A DNA stretch of 64,000 nucleotides from contig CBDHEC010000057.1 of the NCBI GenBank assembly GCA_965261975.1, positions 153,101 to 217,100 of the forward strand. Direction: 5' to 3'. Below are positions 32,662 through 43,700 of the stretch, one piece after another. Under the pieces are notes generated by a model. That model made no database searches, was not told the origin of the DNA, and was given only the letters and a program-made list of their open reading frames with translations. Every line of letters starts with the position of its first letter. The first letter of the stretch is position 1. Source of the DNA: Alphaproteobacteria bacterium. GTDB taxonomy: Bacteria; Pseudomonadota; Alphaproteobacteria; UBA6615. The translations under genes were made by a program, and so were the position numbers.

Positions 32662-33456
32662 TCAGACCGCGACCTTCGCCGGGATGTGCGGGTGGAAGCG
32701 GTACCCGTCGAGGGTGAAGTCGTCATAGTCGAAGGCGAACAGATCATCGATCGCCGGATTCAACGTCATCTGCGGCAACGGGTAAGGCGTCCGCTCCAAC
32801 TGCGCGTCCGCCTGCTCGAGATGGTTCAGGTAGAGATGCGCATCGCCGAAGGTGTGGATGAACTCGCCGACCTCCAGTTTCGCGACCTGGGCAATCATCA
32901 TCGTCAGCAACGCGTAAGAGGCGATGTTGAACGGAACGCCGAGAAAAATATCGGCACTGCGCTGATACAACTGGCAGGAGAGTTTTCCGTCCGCGACATA
33001 GAACTGGAACAGGCAATGGCACGGCGGCAGCGCCATGGTGTCGACATCCGCGACATTCCAGGCCGACACAATGAGGCGGCGTGAATCGGGCCGCGTGCTG
33101 ATCTGCTCCACGAGGTTCTCGATCTGATCGATCCGGCTGCCGTCCGGCGCCGGCCAGGAGCGCCATTGGTGCCCATAGACCGGACCAAGATCGCCATCGT
33201 CATCGGCCCACTCGTTCCAGATCGACACCCCGTTATCGTTCAGATACTTGATGTTCGTGTCGCCCTTGAGAAACCAGAGCAACTCGTAGATCACCGATTT
33301 CATGTGGATCTTCTTGGTCGTCACGAGCGGGAAGCCGGCGCCGAGATCGAAACGCATCTGGTGACCGAAGACAGACAAGGTGCCGGTCCCTGTACGGTCC
33401 GTCCGCTCGGCGCCATTGTCGCGAACATGTCGCATCAGATCGAGATATTGCTGCAT
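32662..33456 (-). CDS. thyA: Thymidylate synthase
   Basis: [22 protein letters not shown] and QRSAD.FLGVPFN motifs. Confidence 0.98.
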   Translation of the reverse strand: MQQYLDLMRHVRDNGAERTDRTGTGTLSVFGHQMRFDLGAGFPLVTTKKIHMKSVIYELLWFLKGDTNIKYLNDNGVSIWNEWADDDGDLGPVYGHQWRSWPAPDGSRIDQIENLVEQISTRPDSRRLIVSAWNVADVDTMALPPCHCLFQFYVADGKLSCQLYQRSADIFLGVPFNIASYALLTMMIAQVAKLEVGEFIHTFGDAHLYLNHLEQADAQLERTPYPLPQMTLNPAIDDLFAFDYDDFTLDGYRFHPHIPAKVAV

Positions 33457-33605
33457 CGGGTCTCAGGTCTCGGATTGGGCTTGGCTGTGGCGTAAACCTA
33501 GTCCGCAACACGAGTCGCGGATATGCGCTGCACCCTGTGAAAAGCCGGTCCAACGGGGATAACCCGCCATAGTCCTTCGTATTTGCCGCCCCGACCCTAT
33601 ATAAT

Positions 33606-33905
33606 GGGGTGTCGGGTTTACTCGACTATGGCGATAAACGTTTTGCGCAATAAACGTTCGGACCCGGGGGCAGTACCCGGCGCCTCCACCATTAATCTCG
33701 GATTTTCACGGCCCCGGCCGTGACCGTAATGGGGGCGAAACAGGATCGACGGGCGCGTAAAGGCTGAACTTTCGTCCGGCATGGTACCACCGATATCGGG
33801 CCATATTCATAGGTGCCAACGATAATGTTGAAACCTCTGCTATTGCCGCTTAATAACCGGTAACAAGCGCGGTTCGGGGGGCACCGGGCAACAGAAGCCC
33901 CCCAC
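33606..33905 (+). ncRNA. ssrA: Two-piece (circularly permuted) tmRNA; tag ANDNVETSAIAA*
   Basis: The T-arm/acceptor 3' strand ending CCA (..cccggcgcctccacca, 33691) precedes the 5' acceptor strand GGGGGCGAAACAGGATCGAC (33731). Tag frame at 33815-33853; TATAAT at 33600-33605. Outer ends are approximate. Confidence 0.93.
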
Positions 33906-34060
33906 TTACCTGCGCCGACGGGCCCGCCCTTCATATTGCATCCACATTTTCGCGATATTCTTGTTCGCCAAACCGTTGCTCTTCGCGGCGCGGTGCACGA
34001 TATTCACCCCTACCTAATGTTGACCAGCGTCCCGCGGGGATGCGCATCCAAATCGCGACC

Positions 34061-34612
34061 ATGACCGACGACCAAATGCGATACGATCAGATGGTGGAGA
34101 CCGCCCTCAGGGGCGTTGTCCGCGAGGCGTTGACCAGAACCCTTCACGAAGGGTTGCCGGGGGATCATCATTTTTATCTGACGTTCCGCACCCAGGCACC
34201 CGGGGTGTCAATTCCCGACTATCTCCACGATCAATATCCCGAAGAAATGACGATCGTGATGCAGCACCAATTCTGGGACCTGGTCGTCGAAGACAGCTTC
34301 TTTTCCATCACCCTCAGCTTCAAGAATCGCCCCGCCGAGCTTCGCATTCCCTATTCGGCACTGTCGGCGTTTGTCGACCCGTCGGTGAAGTTCGGACTTC
34401 AGTTCAATGTTGAAACCGGCAGCAGTGTGATGGTGCCGACGGTCCGTTCCGAGGGTGACCTGGTCCCGGTGCCCGACAACATGGCGACCGCGAGCGAGGC
34501 TGATGAAAACCGCACGGAAGGCGACGGCGATGACGCCCGGCCGGAAGCCGGTGCCGAGGATGACGGGGACGGCGCGGAAGTCGTCAATCTGGATCAGTTC
34601 CGCAAAAAATAG
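34061..34612 (+). CDS. sspB: ClpXP specificity-enhancing factor SspB (alpha type)
   Basis: ALRGVVR, GLPGDHHFY, YPEEMTIV.QHQFWDL, F.DPSVKFGLQF and C-terminal VVNLDQFRKK. Confidence 0.92.
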   Translation: MTDDQMRYDQMVETALRGVVREALTRTLHEGLPGDHHFYLTFRTQAPGVSIPDYLHDQYPEEMTIVMQHQFWDLVVEDSFFSITLSFKNRPAELRIPYSALSAFVDPSVKFGLQFNVETGSSVMVPTVRSEGDLVPVPDNMATASEADENRTEGDGDDARPEAGAEDDGDGAEVVNLDQFRKK

Positions 34613-34624
34613 AAACGCGCGCGC

Positions 34625-34993
34625 ATGCCCCAGGGCCAGGAATTTGCCGAACACGCATGTGACCTGCTGACCAGCGTCGGCGCCCCCTTCGACCAGGGTA
34701 CGCGATTGCGCCGGATGTTCGGCGGTCACGGCATCTTCTGCGACGGGGTCATGTTTGCGCTGATCGCCGACGAGGTCCTGTATCTGAAAGTCGATGAAGA
34801 GACCAAACCCGCCTTCCTCGACGCCGGCTGTGAGCCATTTACCTACGACAAGTCGGGAAAATCGGTGGAATTGTCCTATCTGACGGTGCCCGACGATGCG
34901 GCCGAGGACATCGAGGAACTACGCCCCTGAGCACATATGGCGCTGGCCGCTGCCAATCGCGCCCAGTCGAAGAAGAAACCACGCAAAACCTGA
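34625..34993 (+). pseudogene. TfoX/Sxy N-terminal domain protein with an in-frame TGA at 34928
   Basis: RRMFGGHGIF.DG.MFALI...LYLK.D and F...G..PFTY motifs. After the TGA the same frame continues AHMALAAANRAQSKKKPRKT* to 34993. Confidence 0.75.
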
Positions 34994-35060
34994 CGCGAAT
35001 GCGCGTTTGGCCTTTACCTATGGAATGCGGCGACGATAATGCGCGCCGAACCCGGAGAGA

Positions 35061-36458
35061 ATGATGACGAACAAGACCCGCACCGAAAGCGACACGATGG
35101 GCGAAGTGGCCGTCCCGGCCGACAAGTATTGGGGCGCCCAAACCCAACGCAGCATCGAGAATTTTCCGATCGGCGACGACCGCATGCCGACCGCGCTGGT
35201 ACGCGCGCTGGGTATTCAAAAACAGGCGGCCGCCAAGGCCAATCTGGCGCTCGGGCAACTCGAGCCGGACGTCGCAAACGCGGTGATCGAAGCTGCGCAG
35301 GAAGTCATCGACGGCAAGTTCGACGACAACTTCCCGCTGGTCGTCTGGCAAACAGGTTCCGGCACCCAGTCGAACATGAACGCCAATGAAGTCATCGCGA
35401 ACCGTGCGAATGAAATTCTGGGGGGCAAACCGGGCGACAAATCCCCGGTTCACCCGAACGACCATGTGAACCGCAGCCAGTCCTCAAACGACACCTTCCC
35501 TGCCGCGATGCATATCGCCGCGGCCATCGAGTTTCAGGACCGGCTGGTTCCCGGGCTTACCCATCTCAAGGACGCGCTCGAGGCCAAGGCGAAGAAGTTC
35601 GCGGACGTCATCAAGATTGGGCGCACCCACACCCAGGATGCGACCCCGCTGACACTGGGCCAGGAATTCTCGGGCTACGCGGCCCAGGTCGAGGCGGTCA
35701 TCTCCGGCATCGAACGCGCCACCCCCGACCTGCTGCAACTGGCCCAGGGCGGCACGGCCGTCGGCACGGGCCTGAACACGCCGATCGGTTTCGCCGAGCG
35801 CTTTGCCGAAGAAGTGGCCGGCATCACGGGCAAGCCGTTCGTCACAATGCCCAACAAGTTTGCCGGCCTGGCGGCCCATGATGCCATGGTCGCCGCATCG
35901 GGCGCCTTGAACGTCGGCGCGGCTGCAGCGATGAAGATCGCCAACGATATCCGGTTCCTCGGTTCGGGGCCGCGCAGCGGGATCGGCGAGCTGAGCCTGC
36001 CGGCAAACGAGCCCGGCTCATCGATCATGCCGGGCAAGATCAACCCGACCCAGTGCGAGGCGCTGACCATGGTGTCGGCAGAAATCATGGGCAACCACGT
36101 CGCGGTCACGGTGGCCGGCAGCAACGGTAATTTCGAACTGAACGTGTTCAAGCCGGTCATCATTTTCAACGTACTCCGCTCGGCACGCCTGCTCGGCGAT
36201 GCGTGCCGCAGCTTTACGGATCGCTGCGTCGACGGGATCGAGGCGAATCATGACCGGATCGCCGAGCTGATGGCCCAATCCCTGATGCTGGTGACCGCAC
36301 TCAATCCGCATATTGGGTACGATAATGCCGCGAAGGTCGCGAAAAAGGCGTTTTCAGACGGTAGTACCCTAAAAGAGGCCGCAATTGACTTGGGCCTGCT
36401 CACGGCAGAGCAGTATGATGAGTGGGTAAAACCGGAGAACATGATTAAGCCGACATGA
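35061..36458 (+). CDS. fumC: Class II fumarate hydratase
   Basis: [28 protein letters not shown] and [10 protein letters not shown] motifs. Confidence 0.97.
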   Translation: MMTNKTRTESDTMGEVAVPADKYWGAQTQRSIENFPIGDDRMPTALVRALGIQKQAAAKANLALGQLEPDVANAVIEAAQEVIDGKFDDNFPLVVWQTGSGTQSNMNANEVIANRANEILGGKPGDKSPVHPNDHVNRSQSSNDTFPAAMHIAAAIEFQDRLVPGLTHLKDALEAKAKKFADVIKIGRTHTQDATPLTLGQEFSGYAAQVEAVISGIERATPDLLQLAQGGTAVGTGLNTPIGFAERFAEEVAGITGKPFVTMPNKFAGLAAHDAMVAASGALNVGAAAAMKIANDIRFLGSGPRSGIGELSLPANEPGSSIMPGKINPTQCEALTMVSAEIMGNHVAVTVAGSNGNFELNVFKPVIIFNVLRSARLLGDACRSFTDRCVDGIEANHDRIAELMAQSLMLVTALNPHIGYDNAAKVAKKAFSDGSTLKEAAIDLGLLTAEQYDEWVKPENMIKPT

Positions 36459-36694
36459 TCAGCAACGTTGTCGATACCCTGCCGCGCCAGTCAGCGAACA
36501 AGAAACGTTCCGTCGTGGTCGCCGGGCACCGAACAAGCGTTTCCCTCGAGAATGTATTCTGGGAACATCTGCGCTCGATCGCCAAAACCCGGCGTATATC
36601 GGTGAACGAACTCGTGACCGAGATCGACCGCAACCGCGATGGCAGCCTGTCGAGCGCAATCCGGGTCTTCATCCTGAACGATCTTCGGAATTAG
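36455..36694 (+). CDS. Ribbon-helix-helix domain protein
   Basis: [18 protein letters not shown] and LSSAIRVF motifs; overlaps the fumC stop. Confidence 0.85.
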   Translation: MISNVVDTLPRQSANKKRSVVVAGHRTSVSLENVFWEHLRSIAKTRRISVNELVTEIDRNRDGSLSSAIRVFILNDLRN

Positions 36695-36733
36695 CGGCCT
36701 TCTCAGGCGGCTTCGGCCCGGCACCTGACCCGG

Positions 36734-39700
36734 TTATCGACCGCGAATAAGGCCTTCCAGCAGATTTCGGAACTGGTCTTCCGGCTTTTTCGGCGCTGGC
36801 TGCTGCGTCGTGTTTCCACCCGTCGTCGGTGCCTGCTCCTGATTGCCACCCGGCAACAGCTTGCGCAGGATCGAACCGGCGGCCTTGCCGACGATGAACT
36901 GATTGATCTCGTTGACATTCACCAGACGCGTGTTCGGAGCATCAAGCGGCCCCTTTTGCTCGACCACGACGCCCGCGAACTCCGGATGTGCGGGGAATCC
37001 GGCGCGCGCGCGAATATCAACCGTCCAGGCTGGCAGATTGGTATTGCCGCTGAACGCCACCGCCGCACAGTCAGCATTGATCTGCTGTTGCGGCAGGGTC
37101 GCGACCCCCTGGGCAAGATCAAATCGACCGTCGAAGTTGGCGATCTTGGTTTGTCCCCCGCGCCCCGATGATGCGAGGCCGAGGAACCCTTCGATCCCGT
37201 TTAGCCGATCGAGCTGATCGCTGATCTGGCAGACGTCGATTCCCTCGACCACGGCATCTCTGAAACGCATCGCCCCCTTGCCCGCGAGATTCGAAATCAT
37301 CTCGAACTCGCTGCGGCCACGCGAGGTCACGTCCAGATCCGCACCCAGTCGGCCCGAGGCGAGCTTGACATCGGAGACCGGGAACAGAAGGTCGAGAACC
37401 GACATCACACCGCGCTCACCGCTGGCGCCTTCGCCGAGGAATTTCGCCGCGTCGGCATTCTCCACGCGCATCGCATACCGCATGGTCGGAACATCGCCCG
37501 CCGCCACCTGGCCGGTCATGTTGAATTCGCCGCCGAATGCCTTGCCCGACAACTCGGAAAGATCCAGCACGCCGTCGTCAAGCGCGATCGAGAGACGCGG
37601 TTCGTCGACACGGATATTGGTGTAGGTGATCGCCGGCGAGGAAAGCTTGATATCTGCGTCAATGGCGCGAAGCGCAGACAGTTCGATCGGTTCACGCGAC
37701 CAGCGCTGGGCACCGGCGCGCGCGCCGGACCCGCCGTTGGCCGAGGCGCCGGCGACAGCGCTGCCGCGCCCATTCGAAGCCGCAGACGCCGTCCCCGCCT
37801 GTGTCGGCAGAAACCAGTCGACCACGATCTCGCCCGTCTCGAGGCTCGCCACGACATTGGGGCGCGTGCCGCCTGTATCCACATTCGCACTGCCCTTGAA
37901 TCCGACCGGACCCGCATTGCCCTCGAGGTTGTCCAATGTCATCGCATTGGTCGCGAGGGCCAGTTCCGTCTTCAACGCAAAGGATCCGAGGTCGGCCTTC
38001 GACGGCCTGTAGTCGGGTGACAAGAGCCGCGTGAAGGCCGCCATGTCGGGATGGGCTGCATTGATCGCAAGACTTCCCTGCGGGCTGCCGGCCGCGAGAT
38101 CGGTCAGCCTTCCGCGCGCACTGATTTCGCCAGGTCCGACACCGATCGTCGCATCAATGTCACTCGCGGAAAGGTCGCCGCGCATGCTTGCACGTGCCGC
38201 AAGCGCGCCGAACTTGGCGGTTCCGGCAGTCTCTTCACCGCGCACCCGCGCAGCAAAATCCGCTGCGTCGGGGTGATTAATATCCAGCGTCACATCATAG
38301 TTCGGCGGAATGGCCAGAATGCCGAGATTGCCCGCCGCACGCATTCTGGCGCCCATAGCATCCAGGGCCAGGTCCACCGTCAGGTTCTGCATATCTCCCT
38401 GGAGCGTGCCGTCGACCTTCGTCGCTCCCAGTTTCGCCGGCACGTCGACACCCGCCAGGGCGAGCAGCCTGTCGCCGTTGCGCGCGTCGATATTGATGGT
38501 CACATCCGCTTTCGGCGCACCGGCCAACCCGTCAACGCGACCGTTCACGGATGCATTCGCACCGGCAAGACTTTCCACCGACATGTCTCGCAGCTCGAGG
38601 GTGCCGCCTTGCAATGTCGCATCAAGATTGATGCCGCTCAGACGCTGATCGCGCAGGACCACTTCGCCGACTTTCAACTGGAGGATCGCATCAAACGCAT
38701 TGAGTGCGGCAAGCCCACCCGGGCCAGTGTCTCCCTTGGCGTCTTTCCCGCCGGACGCAGTGTCGGCGCTGGCCGCGTCATCTGGCGTGCCGGCTGCACC
38801 CGCCGCTTGCGGGGCCGGCAGATATGCGTCGACATTCAGCTTGTCGAGCGAAAGCCCGACGCCAAATCCAAGCCGCTCACGCACCGCGATCGCAACCCCG
38901 CCACGCATGCGCGAAACGTCGACGCTGACATCGATATCGGTGAGAGTCACATTCTCGGGTGTCGCATCGATCGACACCGATCCAGTCATCTTGCGCAGGC
39001 GATCCTGGGGCACGGATGCAACGTCAATCCCGGCCCATTGCAGAAACGCCCGGAAGTCATCTGCCGACAATTCCCCTTGGCCTTCGAACTTGGGCCCGGC
39101 CTCCGCCGCCGATACGAACCCGAGCAAAGATGCTTGCGCACCACCTGGAAATTGCGCTGTGGCTTGCGAAATCGTCACGCTGCCGTCGGCCAACTCGGTA
39201 TTGAGCCGAGCCTGGCGGACGACCCCGCCGCGATAGACGATTGCGTCTATCTTCGTTTCAAGCGTCGCCGAAATGCCTGTCGGCAGTGTGAAAGCGGAAC
39301 CCTTTGCAGCTTGGGGCGCGGCCGCTCCGTCTGTCGCATCGCGACGTTTCGTCGACGCGTCACCGCCCGAACCATCGCGCGAAGCCGTTGCGTTCGGTGT
39401 CGTCGCCAGGAGGCGATCCAGATCGAGCTGAGCCAAATTGAGCACCAGCGCCGCCGATGGCGCTTCGCCCAGGGTTACATCAACTGCGCCCGTGGCCGAA
39501 TCGTCACCCAGCCGTATGGCCAGGTCATCGATTGAGACCGTCTCCTGGCTGGCCGCGAGCGTCCCGTCCATCTCCAGCGCCTTGCCCTTGAGTGCGGCGG
39601 GCGCCGGCCCATCAGAAATCGCCGCGACGAGCGTCGATAGATCCTCTGCACGCACTTCGATTTGGCCGGACAGTCGCGCCGCGTCCGGCGCACCGGCGAG

Positions 39701-40429
39701 CGCACCGGAATACCCGATCTCGGCCCCACCGGTTGATATCTTCAGATTGACGGGTGTCGCCCGGTCCGTCGCAAGTTCGCCGATGGCGGCATCGACACCG
39801 ATCGCAATGCCCCGTGCGCTGACCATACCTTCGGCGCGGAACGGCCCCTTGAGGGTGGCCGCGCCGAGCGAGACATTGATAGCTTCAACGCGTTCGACGC
39901 TATCGGGCGTGCGGAAGACGAGTGTGCCGCCCTCGACCACCACATTGTCCAGCCGCACGGCAGGCGTTGATGACCCATCCGTGCCGGAGTCCGACGCAGC
40001 ATCGTTGTTGTTGCCAGCGGCGGCAGGCGACGCGTCGGGCACAGGCTCAAACGTCCAGTTATTCGAGCCGTTCGCGTAGGTCTCGAGCAGAATAGCGGGT
40101 TCGGAAAGCACGACCCGGCTCACTTGAATGTTGCCCGTAATCAGCGGAAACAGCGCGACCTCGACAGCCGCCGACTTTAACCGAAGCATATCGGGCGCGC
40201 TGCCGCCCACGGCATTCGACAACCGCACGTCCTTGGCCGAGACCCCCGGCGCAGGGAGTATGCGGAACTTCAATGAGCCATCGATCGAAAGGTCACGGCC
40301 GGTGGCCTTCGCAACCTCGCGCGCGATATCCGCCTTTATGGAATCAGCCGGGACAAAGAGCGGACCCGCAAAGGCAACCGCAACAACAACGACGGCCAGA
40401 ACGGCAAGGCCGATGAGTAATTTTCGCAC
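36734..40429 (-). CDS. Large AsmA family protein (~1230 aa)
   Basis: N-terminal TM anchor, ATGR.L.IDG, AsmA-like G..NW motif and long beta-rich repeats; start set at GTG 40429. Confidence 0.8.
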   Translation of the reverse strand: MRKLLIGLAVLAVVVVAVAFAGPLFVPADSIKADIAREVAKATGRDLSIDGSLKFRILPAPGVSAKDVRLSNAVGGSAPDMLRLKSAAVEVALFPLITGNIQVSRVVLSEPAILLETYANGSNNWTFEPVPDASPAAAGNNNDAASDSGTDGSSTPAVRLDNVVVEGGTLVFRTPDSVERVEAINVSLGAATLKGPFRAEGMVSARGIAIGVDAAIGELATDRATPVNLKISTGGAEIGYSGALAGAPDAARLSGQIEVRAEDLSTLVAAISDGPAPAALKGKALEMDGTLAASQETVSIDDLAIRLGDDSATGAVDVTLGEAPSAALVLNLAQLDLDRLLATTPNATASRDGSGGDASTKRRDATDGAAAPQAAKGSAFTLPTGISATLETKIDAIVYRGGVVRQARLNTELADGSVTISQATAQFPGGAQASLLGFVSAAEAGPKFEGQGELSADDFRAFLQWAGIDVASVPQDRLRKMTGSVSIDATPENVTLTDIDVSVDVSRMRGGVAIAVRERLGFGVGLSLDKLNVDAYLPAPQAAGAAGTPDDAASADTASGGKDAKGDTGPGGLAALNAFDAILQLKVGEVVLRDQRLSGINLDATLQGGTLELRDMSVESLAGANASVNGRVDGLAGAPKADVTINIDARNGDRLLALAGVDVPAKLGATKVDGTLQGDMQNLTVDLALDAMGARMRAAGNLGILAIPPNYDVTLDINHPDAADFAARVRGEETAGTAKFGALAARASMRGDLSASDIDATIGVGPGEISARGRLTDLAAGSPQGSLAINAAHPDMAAFTRLLSPDYRPSKADLGSFALKTELALATNAMTLDNLEGNAGPVGFKGSANVDTGGTRPNVVASLETGEIVVDWFLPTQAGTASAASNGRGSAVAGASANGGSGARAGAQRWSREPIELSALRAIDADIKLSSPAITYTNIRVDEPRLSIALDDGVLDLSELSGKAFGGEFNMTGQVAAGDVPTMRYAMRVENADAAKFLGEGASGERGVMSVLDLLFPVSDVKLASGRLGADLDVTSRGRSEFEMISNLAGKGAMRFRDAVVEGIDVCQISDQLDRLNGIEGFLGLASSGRGGQTKIANFDGRFDLAQGVATLPQQQINADCAAVAFSGNTNLPAWTVDIRARAGFPAHPEFAGVVVEQKGPLDAPNTRLVNVNEINQFIVGKAAGSILRKLLPGGNQEQAPTTGGNTTQQPAPKKPEDQFRNLLEGLIRGR

Positions 40430-40637
40430 GAGACGGCGTCTCCAAAATTGTCCGGCGCGCCTGCACAGTATGCGTGCCAGAATGGTTTCTGGTCCGGATT
40501 GCACCGTGTTTGAAAGCTAGAATATCAACCGGTTGGACGCAAACCGAACCACCCGAAATATGCACATGATTCGGCTGTCGAAGATGTGACGGTGCGCACA
40601 GTTGGGTTCGCTATCGATTTCATGGCAGCTTGTCGTC

Positions 40638-42392
40638 ATGAAGCGCCTTCATCGCACGATCCGAATTGGGCTTATCGCCGCCTTCACCGTTGCTGCTGTG
40701 CCTGCCCTGGGACAGCAAAACCAGCCCGAGGATTCGACGGGCAGGAGCGCGAAGAAACTCGTGACGGCCAAGCGTCACATGGTCGCCGCGGCCCACCCCG
40801 ACGCCGTCGCGGCGGGCCTGGAGATGCTGCGGCGCGGCGGAAGCGCGGCCGATGCGGCGATCGCCGTGCAGCTCGTCCTCGGTCTCGTGGAGCCTCAAAG
40901 CTCAGGCATCGGCGGGGGCGCCTTCCTGCTTTTCCATGATGCCACCAAGAACCGGACCGTGGCATTCGACGGTCGTGAAACAGCACCCATCGCGGCAACC
41001 CCGGACCTGTTTTTGACCGAAGACGGCACACCCATGAACTTCGGCGCGGCCGTCGTCGGCGGGCGGTCCGTCGGCACACCGGGAACCGTCGCGTTGCTGG
41101 CCCGGCTGTTTCAGGAACACGGGAAATTGACCTGGCCGGAGCTGTTTGCACCGGCAATTCGTCTTGCCCGGGACGGGTTCATCGTCGGCCCGAGGCTCGC
41201 GAAAATGCTCGCCAGCGATCGTGGCCAGCGGCTTCGGACCTACGCCGCCGCGCGGGACTATTTCTATCCCGACGGCGAGCCTCTGCGCGCCGGTACGCGA
41301 AAGACCAACCCGCAATTCGCCGAGACCCTGATCGCGATTGCGGAACGTGGCCCGGCGGCCTTCTATACGGGCGCAATCGCCGAAGACATCGTCGCCGCAG
41401 TCCGTAATGCGACCGGCAATCCCGGGCGCCTTTCACTGGCCGATCTCGCATCCTATGACATTGTCCGTCGCGACCCGGTTTGCCATGGTTACCGCAGTTA
41501 CCGGGTGTGCGGAATGGGGCCGCCGAGCTCCGGCGGCCTGACGGTGGGCCAGACCCTGGGCATGCTGAGTGCCTTCGACCTGCGCGCCATGGCGCCCGAT
41601 AACCCCCAAAGCTGGCATCTTTTGGCCGAAGCCTCGAAGCTCGCATTCGCCGATCGCAATCAGTATATCGCGGATAGCGATTTCGTCCCGGTCCCCGAAA
41701 CGGGGCTGCTGGACCCCGACTATGTTCTGAAACGCGCCACTTTCATCCGCCTGGAGACGGCCATCCTGGCGCCGGTCGTCCACGGCCTCCCGCCGGGTAC
41801 ACCCAAACCAACCCATGCGCCGGACAAGCAGCGCGGACGGCCGGGCACCAGTCACGTCTCGATCGTTGACGAGAACGGCAACGCCGTGTCGATGACGACC
41901 ACGATCGAGGGTGCGTTCGGTTCCCAGCTGATGGTTCGGGGGTTCCTGCTCAACAACGAACTCACGGACTTCTCCTTCGTCCCCATCCGCGACGGACAAC
42001 CTGTCGCCAATCGTGTCGAGCCACGCAAACGCCCGCGTAGCTCGATGGCCCCGACGATCGTCTTCAATGCCGATGGCTCGCTCCGCCTGGTCATTGGATC
42101 CCCCGGCGGCAGCCGCATCATCGGGTATGTCGCCAAAACCCTGGTCGCGGTGCTGGACTGGAATATGGACATCCAGGCCGCCATCGATCTGGGCCACATC
42201 GTGAACCGCAACGGAGCCACCGACGTCGAGGCCGGAACCGAGGCGGCGGCACTGGCGCCCATGCTCAAGGCGCTGGGACACACGGTGCGGGTGCGCGACC
42301 TGAACAGCGGTCTGCACGGGATCGAGATCGTCGATGGAGAGCTGCGCGGCGGCGCGGACCCGCGGCGCGAGGGTATCGCGCGCGGCGACTAG
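40638..42392 (+). CDS. ggt: Gamma-glutamyltransferase
   Basis: Signal peptide, EPQSSGIGGG, DGRETAP, nucleophile GTSH.SIVD, LNNELTDF, RPRSSM and GSPGG. Confidence 0.95.
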   Translation: MKRLHRTIRIGLIAAFTVAAVPALGQQNQPEDSTGRSAKKLVTAKRHMVAAAHPDAVAAGLEMLRRGGSAADAAIAVQLVLGLVEPQSSGIGGGAFLLFHDATKNRTVAFDGRETAPIAATPDLFLTEDGTPMNFGAAVVGGRSVGTPGTVALLARLFQEHGKLTWPELFAPAIRLARDGFIVGPRLAKMLASDRGQRLRTYAAARDYFYPDGEPLRAGTRKTNPQFAETLIAIAERGPAAFYTGAIAEDIVAAVRNATGNPGRLSLADLASYDIVRRDPVCHGYRSYRVCGMGPPSSGGLTVGQTLGMLSAFDLRAMAPDNPQSWHLLAEASKLAFADRNQYIADSDFVPVPETGLLDPDYVLKRATFIRLETAILAPVVHGLPPGTPKPTHAPDKQRGRPGTSHVSIVDENGNAVSMTTTIEGAFGSQLMVRGFLLNNELTDFSFVPIRDGQPVANRVEPRKRPRSSMAPTIVFNADGSLRLVIGSPGGSRIIGYVAKTLVAVLDWNMDIQAAIDLGHIVNRNGATDVEAGTEAAALAPMLKALGHTVRVRDLNSGLHGIEIVDGELRGGADPRREGIARGD

Positions 42393-43597
42393 CTGCGGTC
42401 GACGCCGACCCGGGTCAGGAACACCGCACAGACGAATGCCAGCGCCGATGCGGTCAGCATGATCACGGCCATCGGCAACGGCGTGTCATCCTGAAGCATC
42501 CCGGCAAGCTGGGCGAAACCGGCCCCCATGAGCATCTGCAAAAAGGCCAGCAGACCGGACGCCGTGCCGGCGAAACGCGGATTGATACTCACCGCACCGG
42601 CTTGCGCGTTGGGCATGGACAATCCATTCGCGAACGCCATCCCCATGCCCGGCAGAAAGATCGTCCAGGTCGACCAGGCACCCGCCAGGACGAAGGCGAG
42701 CATCACGCCCCCGAACAGCACCGCCAGGGCGCTGCCGACACGCATCATCCGGTCGAGTCCGATGCGCTGACCGAGCCGCGCGGTCATGAAGGTCCCGCCC
42801 ATGAACCCGGCCGAGATCAGCACAAAGAACAGGCCAAACTCGGTCGGCGGCCGATCCAGTACATTGATGGTCACGAACGGGGCGGCGCCGAGGAACGCCA
42901 TGAACATGCCCATGCCGAAGCCTGATTGCCCGGCATAACCGAGAAAGGCCGGCACCCGCAGGAGCACACCGAAGCCCGACAGCATGCCGCGAAACGTCTG
43001 GGCCGATGCGCCCGCTTGCAGGCTCTCGGGCACCCGCGGCAGCGCCAGCGCCAACACGATAATGCCGACGACACCCGAGAAGATGAAGACCGCGCGCCAG
43101 CCGAAGGTATCGTTGAGCAGCCCGCCGATCAGCGGCGAGACCATTGGCGCGACCACCAGCGCGGTGATCATGTAGGCCATCAAACGTGCTGCCGTTTCAC
43201 GGTCATAAAGATCACGGATGATGGCGCGGCTGACCACCATGCCGGCCGCGCCACCGACGGCCTGGATCACGCGACCCGCAATCAACAACTCGATACTGGG
43301 CGCCACGGCACTCACCACCGATCCGATCAGGAAAATCAGGAGTCCGACCAGCATGACCGGACGCCGCCCGAAGCGATCCGATGCCGGTCCGTAAACCAGG
43401 GTTGCGAAGGCGATCGTGAACAGCGCAAGCGACAGCACATACTGGACGGTGCCGGCGCTCACCTTGAACGCATCCTGCATGACCGGCAGCACCGGCAGAA
43501 TGATCTGCATCGCCAGCGGACCGAGCGCGGTGATAGTCGCGAGGACGCCGATCAGCACCTTCGTATTGGCGGGCGGCGCCGTACGATCAACGGACAT
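42389..43597 (-). CDS. Bcr/CflA family MFS efflux transporter
   Basis: YGP.SDRFGRRPV, GR.IQA.GG, RAIIRDLY and GTASGL motifs; about 12 TM segments. Confidence 0.88.
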   Translation of the reverse strand: MSVDRTAPPANTKVLIGVLATITALGPLAMQIILPVLPVMQDAFKVSAGTVQYVLSLALFTIAFATLVYGPASDRFGRRPVMLVGLLIFLIGSVVSAVAPSIELLIAGRVIQAVGGAAGMVVSRAIIRDLYDRETAARLMAYMITALVVAPMVSPLIGGLLNDTFGWRAVFIFSGVVGIIVLALALPRVPESLQAGASAQTFRGMLSGFGVLLRVPAFLGYAGQSGFGMGMFMAFLGAAPFVTINVLDRPPTEFGLFFVLISAGFMGGTFMTARLGQRIGLDRMMRVGSALAVLFGGVMLAFVLAGAWSTWTIFLPGMGMAFANGLSMPNAQAGAVSINPRFAGTASGLLAFLQMLMGAGFAQLAGMLQDDTPLPMAVIMLTASALAFVCAVFLTRVGVDRS

Positions 43598-43700
43598 GGG
43601 AATTCTTTCGCATGGTTTCGCGATAGACCATGCCGGCCGTTTCGGCAAATCGCTGTTTGGTTTTGTCTTATCGGCCGATCCGAGAACCTGGCGACTTTAT

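Noticed and set aside
34928-34930. TGA as selenocysteine or a Trp-recoded genetic code
   Set aside because: The position corresponds to Trp, not Cys, and TGA serves as a normal stop in many genes of this window (e.g. fumC, mraZ, ftsW).
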